Virus record (IMG/VR): IMGVR_UViG_3300049859_000037
Span: 1-34,887 of that record
DNA length: 34,887 nucleotides
Strand: one strand, 5' to 3'
DNA from: a virus
Taxonomy: Duplodnaviria > Caudoviricetes
The notes beneath the pieces were generated by a model that made no database searches, was not told the origin of the DNA, and was given only the letters and a program-made list of their open reading frames with translations. The first letter of the stretch is position 1; each line of letters begins with the position of its first letter. Both the position numbers and the translations under genes were made by a program. Shown here piece after piece: positions 23,153 through 31,860 of this stretch.

Positions 23153-24736
23153 ATGCCACCCGTCTACCACTACCGCTACCCGGGCGACTCGGGCACCACC
23201 GATATCAGCGAGTACTTCGAACTCTATACGCTCGATTGCTCGATGAATGCCGAGGAAGGGAGCATCGCACAAACGACCTTCCCGGCGGATGACCCGCTCG
23301 CGACGCTGGACATCGTCGGCCACCGGACGTTCAACGTCACGGAGTCCCTGGCCTCGGGGAGCAATACCCGCATCTACTCGGGCTACACGGCGGAACGCCG
23401 GGTGAGCCGAGGCGACTGGCGGGCGGATGCGTCTCGGGTCTGGGCGATCGACGTCATCGACGTCAACACGATCCTCGGTCGGCGCGTCATGCGCGGGAGC
23501 GACTGCAAGCGGCCAGCCGAGACGGACGTGGCCCGAGTCCAGTGGCTCGCCTCCACCGCCGAACTGGGCGAGATCGACGACACCCGCTACCTGAACACGT
23601 CGGGCGCGGTGGCGATGGACAAGGTGGACTACACCGGGCAGCGCGCACAGGACGTCCTCGATGACTGCGCCCAACAGTCCGGGAAGAACTACTTCGTCTG
23701 GTTCGCCGATGACGTCGGCCAGTATTCCCTCTGGTATGACTTCGCGGCGTCGGAAAGCTACTCGTCTCCGCTCCGCATCTCCAATGACCTGGCGGACGTG
23801 GATTCCGTCTGGACGTTCCCTCCGTCGAATGACACGGAACTCAAGCGATCCCCTGACCGCGTCAACTCCGGGGCGTATCTCCCGTATGACGGCGGGGTGG
23901 CCTACGTCGAGTCCATCGCCACCTATAACGCGTTCGTCCGACGCGACGCCATCATGCCCGCATCGAACGTCAAGACGCAGGGTCGGGCACAGGCGCGGGC
24001 GACCCGCTACCTGGGCGAGATGGATACCGAAGAGGACGTCATCACGACGACCATCACGGTCCCGGCAGCCTCGGTCAATCTGCTCATGCAGGGGATGCGC
24101 GTCCAGTTCAAGGCCGTCCACCTGCCCGGTTACGAAGATTTCGTGTGGGTCCGCGCTCTCAATCGGTCCGTGGTTCAGGTATCTGAGGAGTTCTACACCA
24201 TCAAGCTGGAGCTTGGTGCGGGGGAAATCCCTCCGGTCACTCCGTCTGGCAACGGAGAGGCCCGAATGTATGAACCAGACAACGTCTACGCGGGCGTCCG
24301 TTCGACACAGATCAAGTTCCATTCGTCCGGGGACGATCCATCTCCGGGATATCCAGCCGTCCCGACCACGTCGCCGTTCACGAAGACGGGCAGCCCGGGC
24401 GAATACACGGGTTACACGATCGGCAACACCGGCACCATCGACATCACTTGGACCTGTACGTCGGCAGAAGTGTTCGGGGCCGGGACGAAAACCATCTACT
24501 TCAACCTGCTAAAGAATGGCGGAGCGATTGCGACAGGGAGCGCGACGCGCACATTCAGCGGGCTGACGTACTGGTCAGCCACCGTCACGACTACGGCGAC
24601 CGGGCTGGCCGTCACGGCGGGCGATACCCTGACGTTCTCCATCACGGGCGACCTGTCGGCATCCGGCAAGATTCCGATCGTCCCGGCAGGTTCCGGCTCG
24701 CTTTCCAATGTCGTCTATCTCTCCGGCACGTTCTGA
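23153..24736 (+). CDS. Minor tail protein (tail-tip/hub-like) with C-terminal beta domain
   Basis: Follows the tape measure gene. Hub-like motifs (VLDDCAQ, ARATRYL, L.QGMRV) and a Thr/Gly-rich C-terminus. Confidence 0.72.
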   Translation: MPPVYHYRYPGDSGTTDISEYFELYTLDCSMNAEEGSIAQTTFPADDPLATLDIVGHRTFNVTESLASGSNTRIYSGYTAERRVSRGDWRADASRVWAIDVIDVNTILGRRVMRGSDCKRPAETDVARVQWLASTAELGEIDDTRYLNTSGAVAMDKVDYTGQRAQDVLDDCAQQSGKNYFVWFADDVGQYSLWYDFAASESYSSPLRISNDLADVDSVWTFPPSNDTELKRSPDRVNSGAYLPYDGGVAYVESIATYNAFVRRDAIMPASNVKTQGRAQARATRYLGEMDTEEDVITTTITVPAASVNLLMQGMRVQFKAVHLPGYEDFVWVRALNRSVVQVSEEFYTIKLELGAGEIPPVTPSGNGEARMYEPDNVYAGVRSTQIKFHSSGDDPSPGYPAVPTTSPFTKTGSPGEYTGYTIGNTGTIDITWTCTSAEVFGAGTKTIYFNLLKNGGAIATGSATRTFSGLTYWSATVTTTATGLAVTAGDTLTFSITGDLSASGKIPIVPAGSGSLSNVVYLSGTF

Positions 24737-25497
24737 TGAAGATCACCGTTCTCGGTCCGTCTACGCCGCTCGTGTCCCTCGGTGGCATCCTGAGCGGCGG
24801 CACGACGGACGGCGCGACCGAGGAACCGGCTCCCTCCGGGCAGGTCCCGACGTCGAACGGGTCGAACGGCGTCGCGTGGGGGTCGAATGTTGCCGTCATC
24901 ACGGCCAACGGGTCTAACGTGGTCATGGGGCCGTTCGTCAACTTCGCGGCGGGGTCCAACGTCATCTTCGCGGTGTCATCGAACACCCTAAACATCGCGA
25001 GTACGGGCGGCGGTGGGTCGTCGGTCATCACGTCGAACACGTCCAACACGCTCGCCTCCCCGCTCAACTTCATTTCCGGCGCGGATATCCTGTTCGCCGC
25101 TGGTGCGAACTCGCTGACGATCTCATCCGGTGCCAACAAGACGGCGGATATCCTGTTCGTCATCGACGGCGGTGGGTCGGCTATCACCACAGGCGTCAAG
25201 GGTGACCTGGTGGTGGACTTCCCCTGCACCATCAACCAATGGACGATCCTCCCGGACCAATCCGGCTCCATCGTCATCGATCTCTGGAAGGACACCTACG
25301 GGAACTTCCCGCCGACCGTCGCGGACACCATCACGGCATCCGCCAAGCCCACCCTATCGGCCACGACGAAGGCACAGTCGGGTGTGCTGACCGGCTGGAC
25401 GACCAGCATCGCGGCGGGCGATACGATCCGCGTGAACGTCGATAGCATCACGACGTGCCAACGGGTCACCCTCGCGTTGCGCGTGACGCGGACCTGA
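24736..25497 (+). CDS. Tail fibre/minor tail protein
   Basis: GQVPTSNG...W fibre motif, an internal duplicated segment, and a C-terminal FVIDGGGSAITTGVKG...GSIVIDLWK domain. ATG 24736. Confidence 0.72.
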   Translation: MKITVLGPSTPLVSLGGILSGGTTDGATEEPAPSGQVPTSNGSNGVAWGSNVAVITANGSNVVMGPFVNFAAGSNVIFAVSSNTLNIASTGGGGSSVITSNTSNTLASPLNFISGADILFAAGANSLTISSGANKTADILFVIDGGGSAITTGVKGDLVVDFPCTINQWTILPDQSGSIVIDLWKDTYGNFPPTVADTITASAKPTLSATTKAQSGVLTGWTTSIAAGDTIRVNVDSITTCQRVTLALRVTRT

Positions 25498-25498
25498 T

Positions 25499-26860
25499 GT
25501 GAGCGTCCCGACGTTCGTGGCTTCCGCCACGGCAAGTCTGACGACCGCTGGCACCGGACCGCTGACCTGTAACGTACCCTCGGGAGTGGCCGATGGCGAT
25601 CTGCTCCTAGCCCACGTTGGAGTCGGGAGCGGAAACGGTGTTCCAACCACGCCTTCCGGCTGGACGTTCCTCGACAGTAACGCCGAGACGAACGGCGACT
25701 CATACCTGTATGCCCGGCTCGCCTCATCCGAACCGGCGTCATACGACTGGAGCGTGTCATCGTCGTCTGAGTACAACGTCATCAGCCACGCCTACCGGCC
25801 ATCAACCGGATCGTGGGCTGACCTGGGCGACGCCATCGCCCACGTCAACCTCGTTGTGGACAAGCAGAGCAACACCAGCCAGATCGTGAACGAGGCTGTG
25901 ATGCCGAGCGGCGATATGATGCTCGTCACGTTCACGGCGCTTGGGCGCGGCGGCACCACGACGACGCAGCCTACCGGCTACACGATGGCGGGCAACCCGG
26001 ACTCGGGCGGAACCACGGCTGCGGCGGTGGAGTCTGGCGGCGCATACAAGTCCGTGACGGCTGGAACCGGACCGGCGACCAACTGGACAACGACCAACAG
26101 CGGAACATCAACTGGCGGGCATTTCGCCATCGTCGATCCCGGTACTGACGCTCGGACTATTCGATCCTACAAGTTCGGTTCTGTGAGCAGCGGGGCGGCG
26201 GCGGCGTCAGTATCCGTCAAGGCTGGACTGACGCGAAGCGGCGACCTGATGGTGGCCTTGGTCGGTAACCGTAACGGTACGGCGAGTCACACCATCACGC
26301 CACCAGCCGGATATAGCTCCGAAGGTTCGTCCGAACTCAACATCGGCGGCGACTTTGAGAAGTACCAGGTATTCACCAAGGTCGCCGATGGAACCGAGGT
26401 CGGCGTAAATCAGACGTTCACCTGTCCAAACGCGGCCTCCTGGGCCGTGTTCTTGATGGCGCTATCGGATACGACCGGCTCCATCGGCTTCGTCATCGCC
26501 AATGACACGTCCGCGAATACGACCATGGATATCCCTGGGACGACGATGGCGGCTCAGAGTCCCCATGCCATCGTTCTCGCGGTGGCCTACCCCGAGCGGG
26601 CAGACAGCACGCCGACGGCCACCCCGAGCGGCTACAGCACCCTCCGTCGAGAACAGGACTCCGGCGGAAACAACATCGTCTATTGGCGCAGCGATGCGGC
26701 GTCGGGCGGCGCACTCCTGACCCCGACGTACAAGTTTGAGACAGGGTCCGATCCCGCCGCTACCACCATGACGCAGTCCGGTTCTGTCCAGAGCATCGGG
26801 TGTCGGTCAGGGTTCGCCATCGTGCCCGCGGGAGGGTTCTTCGCGTACATCATCGGCTAG
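25499..26860 (+). CDS. Putative receptor-binding/adhesin-like virion protein with two related domains
   Basis: Ser/Thr/Gly-rich, with GDLLLAHV...TTPSGWT repeated as GDLMVALV...TPPAGYS. Last late gene. Confidence 0.68.
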   Translation: MSVPTFVASATASLTTAGTGPLTCNVPSGVADGDLLLAHVGVGSGNGVPTTPSGWTFLDSNAETNGDSYLYARLASSEPASYDWSVSSSSEYNVISHAYRPSTGSWADLGDAIAHVNLVVDKQSNTSQIVNEAVMPSGDMMLVTFTALGRGGTTTTQPTGYTMAGNPDSGGTTAAAVESGGAYKSVTAGTGPATNWTTTNSGTSTGGHFAIVDPGTDARTIRSYKFGSVSSGAAAASVSVKAGLTRSGDLMVALVGNRNGTASHTITPPAGYSSEGSSELNIGGDFEKYQVFTKVADGTEVGVNQTFTCPNAASWAVFLMALSDTTGSIGFVIANDTSANTTMDIPGTTMAAQSPHAIVLAVAYPERADSTPTATPSGYSTLRREQDSGGNNIVYWRSDAASGGALLTPTYKFETGSDPAATTMTQSGSVQSIGCRSGFAIVPAGGFFAYIIG

Positions 26861-26865
26861 CCACT

Positions 26866-26898
26866 CCCCGTCTCTCTTCGGAGGGGCGGGGCTTTTCT
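26866..26898 (+). terminator. Rho-independent terminator ending the late operon
   Basis: 11-bp GC stem with a cUUCGg tetraloop, followed by CTTTTCT. Confidence 0.85.
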
Positions 26899-26997
26899 GT
26901 GTCCCGGATAAGCGACAGGTGAGCGGCTGACGCCACCGTTGACGGACTGTTGTCGCACCGGGGAGCGACCATCACGCGGTGGAGGAACCCGTGCGAC

Positions 26998-27408
26998 CTA
27001 TCCCCTTGTCCCGCGAGGAACGCGTGGCCCTAGCCGCGCTTCGGATTCTGATCGCGCGCGGAGTGCTAGCTCCGCCTCCACGGCGCGTAGACGAGCCTCC
27101 CAATCACCGCCCAGTTTCGCCACCAGAGCGTCCAGAGAAGCAGTCTGGTCCCGAAGGGCACCGATGAGCGCGTCGGGCGTCTGGGGCCGCTGTGCGGCGT
27201 CTCCGAGGGCTTCGCGCAGAACCACCACATCAACGCCGAGTACCTGGGCCACCCGGGCGAGGGAGTTCCGGCTCGGGCGGGATTCGCCGCGCCACCAGCG
27301 GTAGATATCCCCGCGCTGGACTGACGCCTCCCGCGCAAGACCAGATACCGACATCTGTCGTGCGGCGAGCGCGGTTTCCATCTCCACGCGCAGAGCGGAC
27401 CCGGCCAT
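26998..27408 (-). CDS. Immunity repressor, XRE-family HTH (CI-like)
   Basis: MSVSGLAREASVQRGDIYRWWRGESRPS...LARVAQVLGV. It is the only convincing minus-strand gene and is divergent from the cro-like gene. An alternative start is ATG 27474. Confidence 0.85.
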   Translation of the reverse strand: MAGSALRVEMETALAARQMSVSGLAREASVQRGDIYRWWRGESRPSRNSLARVAQVLGVDVVVLREALGDAAQRPQTPDALIGALRDQTASLDALVAKLGGDWEARLRAVEAELALRARSESEARLGPRVPRGTRG

Positions 27409-27469
27409 CTGACGATCGTCTAGCCCCGGTACGGCGGTGGTGCGCGCTGGCACCGGTTTGTTGTGCGTA

Positions 27470-27535
27470 GTCATACCACACACACGGTATACGTCAAGAG
27501 ACTACTTGACACCTGTGTTGTGTGGTGTGTATGTT
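27470..27535. promoter_or_regulatory. Divergent promoters/operators of the lysis-lysogeny switch
   Basis: Rightward: TTGACA (27506-27511), 18 bp spacer, TATGTT. Leftward: TTGACG (27497-27492) with TGGTATGAC. ACCACACA motifs occur in inverted orientation. Confidence 0.7.
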
Positions 27536-27542
27536 TCACGAC

Positions 27543-27740
27543 ATGAACACCACACCTACCCGAGACACCTGGCGGGCGATGGTCCGGGAACGCGGGCTGA
27601 CGCTCAAGGGTGTCGCGAAGCTCACCGGGAAATCGTTCCGGTCCGTGTCGGCCTACTCCGAGGGAACCCGGCGTCCGTCCGATGAATGGATCGCGAAGGT
27701 CGGCGCGGTTCTCGCAGCACTCGATGAGGTAGCGGCATGA
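27543..27740 (+). CDS. Cro-like XRE HTH protein
   Basis: RGLTLKGVAKLTGKSFRSVSAYSEGTRRPS; first early gene. Confidence 0.85.
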   Translation: MNTTPTRDTWRAMVRERGLTLKGVAKLTGKSFRSVSAYSEGTRRPSDEWIAKVGAVLAALDEVAA

Positions 27741-27847
27741 CCCGACAGATGGACACCCTGTTCCGGCTGCTCAGGATCGCCACGGAGCGACGCGACCTGA
27801 TCGCGATGACCCTCCTGCGTATCCGCATCGTCAAGGCCGGTCACTGA
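27737..27847 (+). CDS. 36-aa hypothetical protein
   Basis: MTRQMDTLFRLLRIATERRDLIAMTLLRIRIVKAGH, with start/stop overlaps at both ends. Confidence 0.5.
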   Translation: MTRQMDTLFRLLRIATERRDLIAMTLLRIRIVKAGH

Positions 27848-27948
27848 TGGACAGCTTCGATCGCGTGGCGTCCGCGTTCTCATGGGTCCTGGTCGGCCTC
27901 GCGGTCGGCTACTTCGGCGCTCACATCGTCTGGGCGCTGGTCCGATGA
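27847..27948 (+). CDS. 33-aa single-TM microprotein
   Basis: MDSFDRVASAFSWVLVGLAVGYFGAHIVWALVR, coupled at both ends. Confidence 0.55.
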   Translation: MDSFDRVASAFSWVLVGLAVGYFGAHIVWALVR

Positions 27949-28184
27949 GCCACCAGATCACCTACCTCGATGGTCGCTGGCAGGTGTACCGGGTCGTCAA
28001 CGGCAAGTACCGGCTGAACGTCGGTCCCCGCTGGATGACCGCCAAGGAAGCCCGCGACTACTGCGACCTGATGGACACCTCACCGCTCCGCGACCCCGTG
28101 GAGGTGCCGACGACGCCCATTCCCGTCGGCGCTTCCACAGGCTCGCTGAGAGGCGGCCTGCCGGTAGGGGACTCCGGCCAATAG
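27945..28184 (+). CDS. Hypothetical protein, 79 aa
   Basis: ATGA overlap and GC3-biased codons in the N-terminal half. Confidence 0.6.
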   Translation: MSHQITYLDGRWQVYRVVNGKYRLNVGPRWMTAKEARDYCDLMDTSPLRDPVEVPTTPIPVGASTGSLRGGLPVGDSGQ

Positions 28185-28229
28185 GTACTCGCCCCGTCAT
28201 TCGACGGGTTCGGGGGCGGGGCGAGTACC
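28184..28229 (+). terminator. Long hairpin in the early operon
   Basis: GGTACTCGCCCCGTC / GGCGGGGCGAGTACC 15-bp stem with no U tract. Confidence 0.45.
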
Positions 28230-28255
28230 ACCCACATTCAGGGAAGGAATGGGGA

Positions 28256-28579
28256 ATGAAGATCGAACTGGAACTGGACTTCCTGGAGATGAACCAACTG
28301 GAGGCGGCGCTCCTGACGCGCCTAGCCGATGCCGCTCTGGCCGACATCCGCATGACGCCCGGCACGCCAGAGGCCGAGATGGTGGCTCACGAGGTCCGCT
28401 ACACCGGGTCGGCCCTGACCAAGCTGCAGCTGGTCCTCCACGGGAGCGACGAACCAGACGAGCCGAACTGGCTGACGGGCGACTGCATCCCGGTGGCGAT
28501 CCACACCGTGGCAGGCGACCTCGCTTCGTACGCCGACTGGACAGAGGCAGAGCGGCGCTGGGCCGCAGGCGACCGATGA
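28256..28579 (+). CDS. Hypothetical acidic protein, 107 aa
   Basis: Purine-rich SD region and phage-like codon usage. Confidence 0.7.
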   Translation: MKIELELDFLEMNQLEAALLTRLADAALADIRMTPGTPEAEMVAHEVRYTGSALTKLQLVLHGSDEPDEPNWLTGDCIPVAIHTVAGDLASYADWTEAERRWAAGDR

Positions 28580-28631
28580 CCCGCTGCGACGACTGCGACA
28601 CCAACCATCCCTGGTGGGAACGGTGCCCGCG

Positions 28632-29474
28632 ATGACGACCGTGGTCCGCGAAGACCTGAGCCGACGAACGGCCCTGTCCAAGTCCGCGCTGCAAGCGTTC
28701 GACCTGTGCGCGACAAAGCATTGGTACGGCATCCACGAGCCACGTCCGTTCGTCACCAATGAGAAGGTGACCTTCGGTTCGGCGGTGGACGCGGCGGTGG
28801 AAGTCATCGTCAAGCTGGCCGCCTCCGGCCAGCCGGTCGATCTCACCCGGGCACTTGATGCCGCCGCATTCGTCATCGTCCGCGATGGCGTGGACGTGGA
28901 CAACGGACAGGTGGCCGTCGCCATCGAGACGTTCGTCTCCGATGTCCTGCCCGCGCACGACTGGTCTCGGGCCGTCACACAGGCCAGCATCACCACGGTC
29001 ATCGACGGGCTGGGCGAGAGCAACGGTCACCCCGACCTCATCATGGGCGACGGCTCCATCCTCGATGTGAAGACGTCGAGCCGATCGAAGGACGTCCCGT
29101 CCGTAGAACTCGGTTTCTATGCCCTCCTGGCCGAGGCCGACGGTCGAACCGTCCCCACGGTCGGCTATCTCAACTACGTCAGGCTCAAGACCCCGTACTG
29201 GCACGGCTACACCCGGAACCCCAAGACCGGCGAGACGATGGGCGAGCGGCTGGTGGTCCCGGTGGATGACGAGCTACGGCGCTGGGCCTATGAGAACGCG
29301 GCGGCCTACGTCCGGGCGCGGAAAGCTGACGCCGTCCTGAACGGCAAGGCGACGAAGGCCGGGAACTACTCGATGACGGGCGGACCGAAGTTCGACGGCC
29401 TGTGTGCCGACTGCCCGTATAACCCCGCGCTCGGTGGGCCGTGCGCGATCGTGCGAAGGGAGCAGGCGGCATGA
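28632..29474 (+). CDS. PD-(D/E)xK exonuclease, Cas4/RecB-like with four Cys
   Basis: LSKS.L..FDLC, FGSAVD, GHPDLI...ILDVKT, ELGFYAL and CADCPY...C motifs. Confidence 0.85.
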   Translation: MTTVVREDLSRRTALSKSALQAFDLCATKHWYGIHEPRPFVTNEKVTFGSAVDAAVEVIVKLAASGQPVDLTRALDAAAFVIVRDGVDVDNGQVAVAIETFVSDVLPAHDWSRAVTQASITTVIDGLGESNGHPDLIMGDGSILDVKTSSRSKDVPSVELGFYALLAEADGRTVPTVGYLNYVRLKTPYWHGYTRNPKTGETMGERLVVPVDDELRRWAYENAAAYVRARKADAVLNGKATKAGNYSMTGGPKFDGLCADCPYNPALGGPCAIVRREQAA

Positions 29475-30082
29475 GCGGTATCAACCTGGACGATTACATT
29501 CCCGTTAACGAACGGATCGCGGCGTTCTATGCGAAGCACCCGGAAGGGTCGCTCCAGTCGGAACTCGTGGAACTGTCGGACGGTCGAGTCGTCATGCGGG
29601 CCTACGCCTACCGGACGCCGGAGGACGCCCGCCCCGGCATCGGCTACGCCTCGCAGTCCATCCCGGGCGCGACGCCGTACACCCGTGGCTCCGAGGTCGA
29701 GAACTGCGAGACGAGCGCGTGGGGACGGGCCATCGCCGCCCTCGGCTTCGAAGTGAAGCGCGGGATCGCCACGGCTGAGGACGTGCAGAACAAGGCCACG
29801 GAGACGACCGAACCGGCCAGAGTGAAGGGCACGGCCACCTACCAGCCGAAGGCCGCGCCACGGTCATCCACGGCCATCCCGGAAGAGCCTCCGACGGATT
29901 GGGAGTCCCTGCCGGAGACGCGCATCCCACGGATGCGACCGTCTGGCGATGGCGGGGCGTGCCCGGTGCATGGCGTCGCATTCAAGCTGGTTCCGGCTGG
30001 CGTATCGAAGAAGACCGGCAACCCATACGACGCCTTCTGGTCCTGCCCGGAGATGGGCTGCCGTGAAAAGCCTGCGGCATGA
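29471..30082 (+). CDS. Probable single-strand annealing protein (Rad52/Sak-like) with C-terminal Zn finger
   Basis: DY.PV.ERI and ENCETSAWGRAIA motifs, C-terminal CPVHG...FWSCP...C, and adjacency to the exonuclease. Confidence 0.65.
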   Translation: MSGINLDDYIPVNERIAAFYAKHPEGSLQSELVELSDGRVVMRAYAYRTPEDARPGIGYASQSIPGATPYTRGSEVENCETSAWGRAIAALGFEVKRGIATAEDVQNKATETTEPARVKGTATYQPKAAPRSSTAIPEEPPTDWESLPETRIPRMRPSGDGGACPVHGVAFKLVPAGVSKKTGNPYDAFWSCPEMGCREKPAA

Positions 30083-30828
30083 GCGATCGTGCGCCGTATA
30101 GCCGGGTTTACTGGTCGGTCCTGGAGGATGACAAGTTCGACGGCATCCGCGAGGACTGCCGCCACCTTGGCACCTGGACGCTGCTCCTGGTCCTGGCAGA
30201 TATGGCGTGGCCCGCTCCGGCATACCTGCCACAGACCGCCTCCAAGCCGTCCGTGACGGCCCTGGTGACCGCTGGTCTGGTTGACGTTCTAGGAGGGGGA
30301 CGGTTCCGCATCCATGGTCTAGACGCTGAACGGGGACGCCGCTCCGAGTCAGCGCGCGTTGCCGGTTTGGCGAGCGGGCGTTCCCGGACTACGGGAACGG
30401 ATAGCGAACGGTCGTTGAACGGACGTTCCCGAACCGTTGAACCGACAGGGACCGAACGGGGAACGGAAAACCAACCTAGACGAGACAAAGACGAGACGAG
30501 CCTAGACGAGACAAGACAAGACGAGGACCGGGATGCGTTGGATCGCTTCTATGAGTTGACCCAATGGAACCCCTGGACGCTGGAGTGGCGACGGGATGAA
30601 CTGACGTCACTCCAGAGCGACTACGGCATCCCGGCCACCGTCGCGGCCCTCGACGCTGAGTGGGCGAACGGTCAGGATCGGAAGACGCTCACCAAGCGGG
30701 CCGCCGCTCGCCTCGCCCGTGACAACGAACACGCCAAGGAAGCGGCCCGGGCTGCCCGGAAGTCCCGTCCCCGGATCGTCGTGGATGACGCCGTACTGGC
30801 CCATGCCCTCGGGGAGGACATCGCATGA
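30079..30828 (+). CDS. Putative replication initiator protein
   Basis: Two-domain layout with a low-complexity linker (RRDKDETSLDETRQDE) encoded by repeats, typical of lambda O-like initiators. Confidence 0.6.
   Translation: MSDRAPYSRVYWSVLEDDKFDGIREDCRHLGTWTLLLVLADMAWPAPAYLPQTASKPSVTALVTAGLVDVLGGGRFRIHGLDAERGRRSESARVAGLASGRSRTTGTDSERSLNGRSRTVEPTGTERGTENQPRRDKDETSLDETRQDEDRDALDRFYELTQWNPWTLEWRRDELTSLQSDYGIPATVAALDAEWANGQDRKTLTKRAAARLARDNEHAKEAARAARKSRPRIVVDDAVLAHALGEDIA
30379..30525. repeat. Iteron-like repeats; candidate replication origin inside the initiator gene
   Basis: Clustered GAACGG/CGTTGAAC/CGTTCCCG motifs, an inverted repeat at 30379-30399, and CCTAGACGAGACAA at 30475 and 30501 in a purine-skewed tract. 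Confidence 0.55.
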
Positions 30829-31154
30829 TCTCCGAGTACGTTCGCTTCACTCCGCCGCGTCGCCTCGTGGAGTATCAGGGTCAGCCCGGCCACGAGGTCG
30901 GCGGACTGATGCTCTCCCCGGCTGCGATGGATGCGATCGCCAAGGCCAAGTCCACCCGCTCGCTGCCCGAGTATGTCGTCATCGGCGAGCATCGCTACGA
31001 AGACGGACGCCGCTACCTGGAACTTGGCGCAGCCACCGGCCACATCGAGGCCGTGACCGACTACCGCTGGGACACCGGTTCGAAGTCGCTCCGGCTCCTG
31101 TGCCCGAACTGCGAGGCGTGGGACGGGAAGCACAAGAAAGTGTGCGACCGATGA
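30825..31154 (+). CDS. Hypothetical protein with C-terminal CxxC-H-C motif
   Basis: SD GGAGG, ATGA overlaps, and CPNCEAWDGKHKKVC. Confidence 0.7.
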   Translation: MISEYVRFTPPRRLVEYQGQPGHEVGGLMLSPAAMDAIAKAKSTRSLPEYVVIGEHRYEDGRRYLELGAATGHIEAVTDYRWDTGSKSLRLLCPNCEAWDGKHKKVCDR

Positions 31155-31633
31155 GCGGGCCGAGGATGAAAGCCCCGCTCAGTCCCAGCCACGCCGTGTT
31201 CGCCGCCCGACTGCGACGCCTGATGGAACGCGACGGGATGACCAGGATCGAACTCGCCAAGCGGCTCGACGTGACCGCGACGATGATCGGGTACTGGCGA
31301 GTGGGCCGCTACCTCCCGTCGATGCCGCTACTCGACGTGTTGGTTGACCTGTTCGATGACCCGGTCATCCGCCAAGTCGTGACGGCGGCGCGGACCGGGC
31401 GCTGTCCCTGTGGGATGACCTTCGATCGGGAGCAATCGAGGCGCGAATACTGCTCGCTGGCCTGCCAGCGGAAGGCGCATCTCAAGGGCGGGCGGAAGGC
31501 CGACCCCAAGCAGGAAGCCATCGACGCGATGTGTCGCGGCTGCGAGCCCGAGCGTATCTGCCGCGATGACGGCTGCGCGCTCCGTCCGTTCTCGCCGTTC
31601 CTGTTCGTCGCACTCCATCGGCGGTCGGCATGA
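31151..31633 (+). CDS. XRE HTH protein with Cys-rich C-terminal domains
   Basis: FAARLRRLMERDGMTRIELAKRLDV...IGYWRVGRYLPS, then CPCG..F...YCS.AC and C.GC...C...C.L. Confidence 0.8.
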   Translation: MSGPRMKAPLSPSHAVFAARLRRLMERDGMTRIELAKRLDVTATMIGYWRVGRYLPSMPLLDVLVDLFDDPVIRQVVTAARTGRCPCGMTFDREQSRREYCSLACQRKAHLKGGRKADPKQEAIDAMCRGCEPERICRDDGCALRPFSPFLFVALHRRSA

Positions 31634-31860
31634 GTCCGCAGAGCCGGGCGATCCTGCGGATGCTGGAACACGGCCCGGTCACGCAACAGGACGCCATCCG
31701 GGAGGCGGCGTGCTACCGACTGGCCGCCCGCATCTCCGACCTTCGGGCTGACGGGATCGACATCGAGTCCGAGCGCGTGATGCTGGGCGGTGTCACGTTC
31801 GCCCGGTATCACCTGGTGCGTGAGCCGAAACAACTGGCGCTGGCGTTCGGCCATGGATGA
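31630..31860 (+). CDS. Small winged-HTH protein
   Basis: Q...IL..L..GP.T...A......RLAARISDLR..G.DI pattern. Confidence 0.75.
   Translation: MSPQSRAILRMLEHGPVTQQDAIREAACYRLAARISDLRADGIDIESERVMLGGVTFARYHLVREPKQLALAFGHG

Noticed and set aside
26939-27304. Plus-strand ORFs 26939-27304 and 26979-27167
   Set aside because: They lie antisense to the repressor and downstream of the late terminator, with no recognisable motif.
28632-29474. Cas4 as evidence of a CRISPR-Cas system
   Set aside because: No array or other cas genes are present, and its position next to an annealing protein indicates a phage recombination exonuclease.
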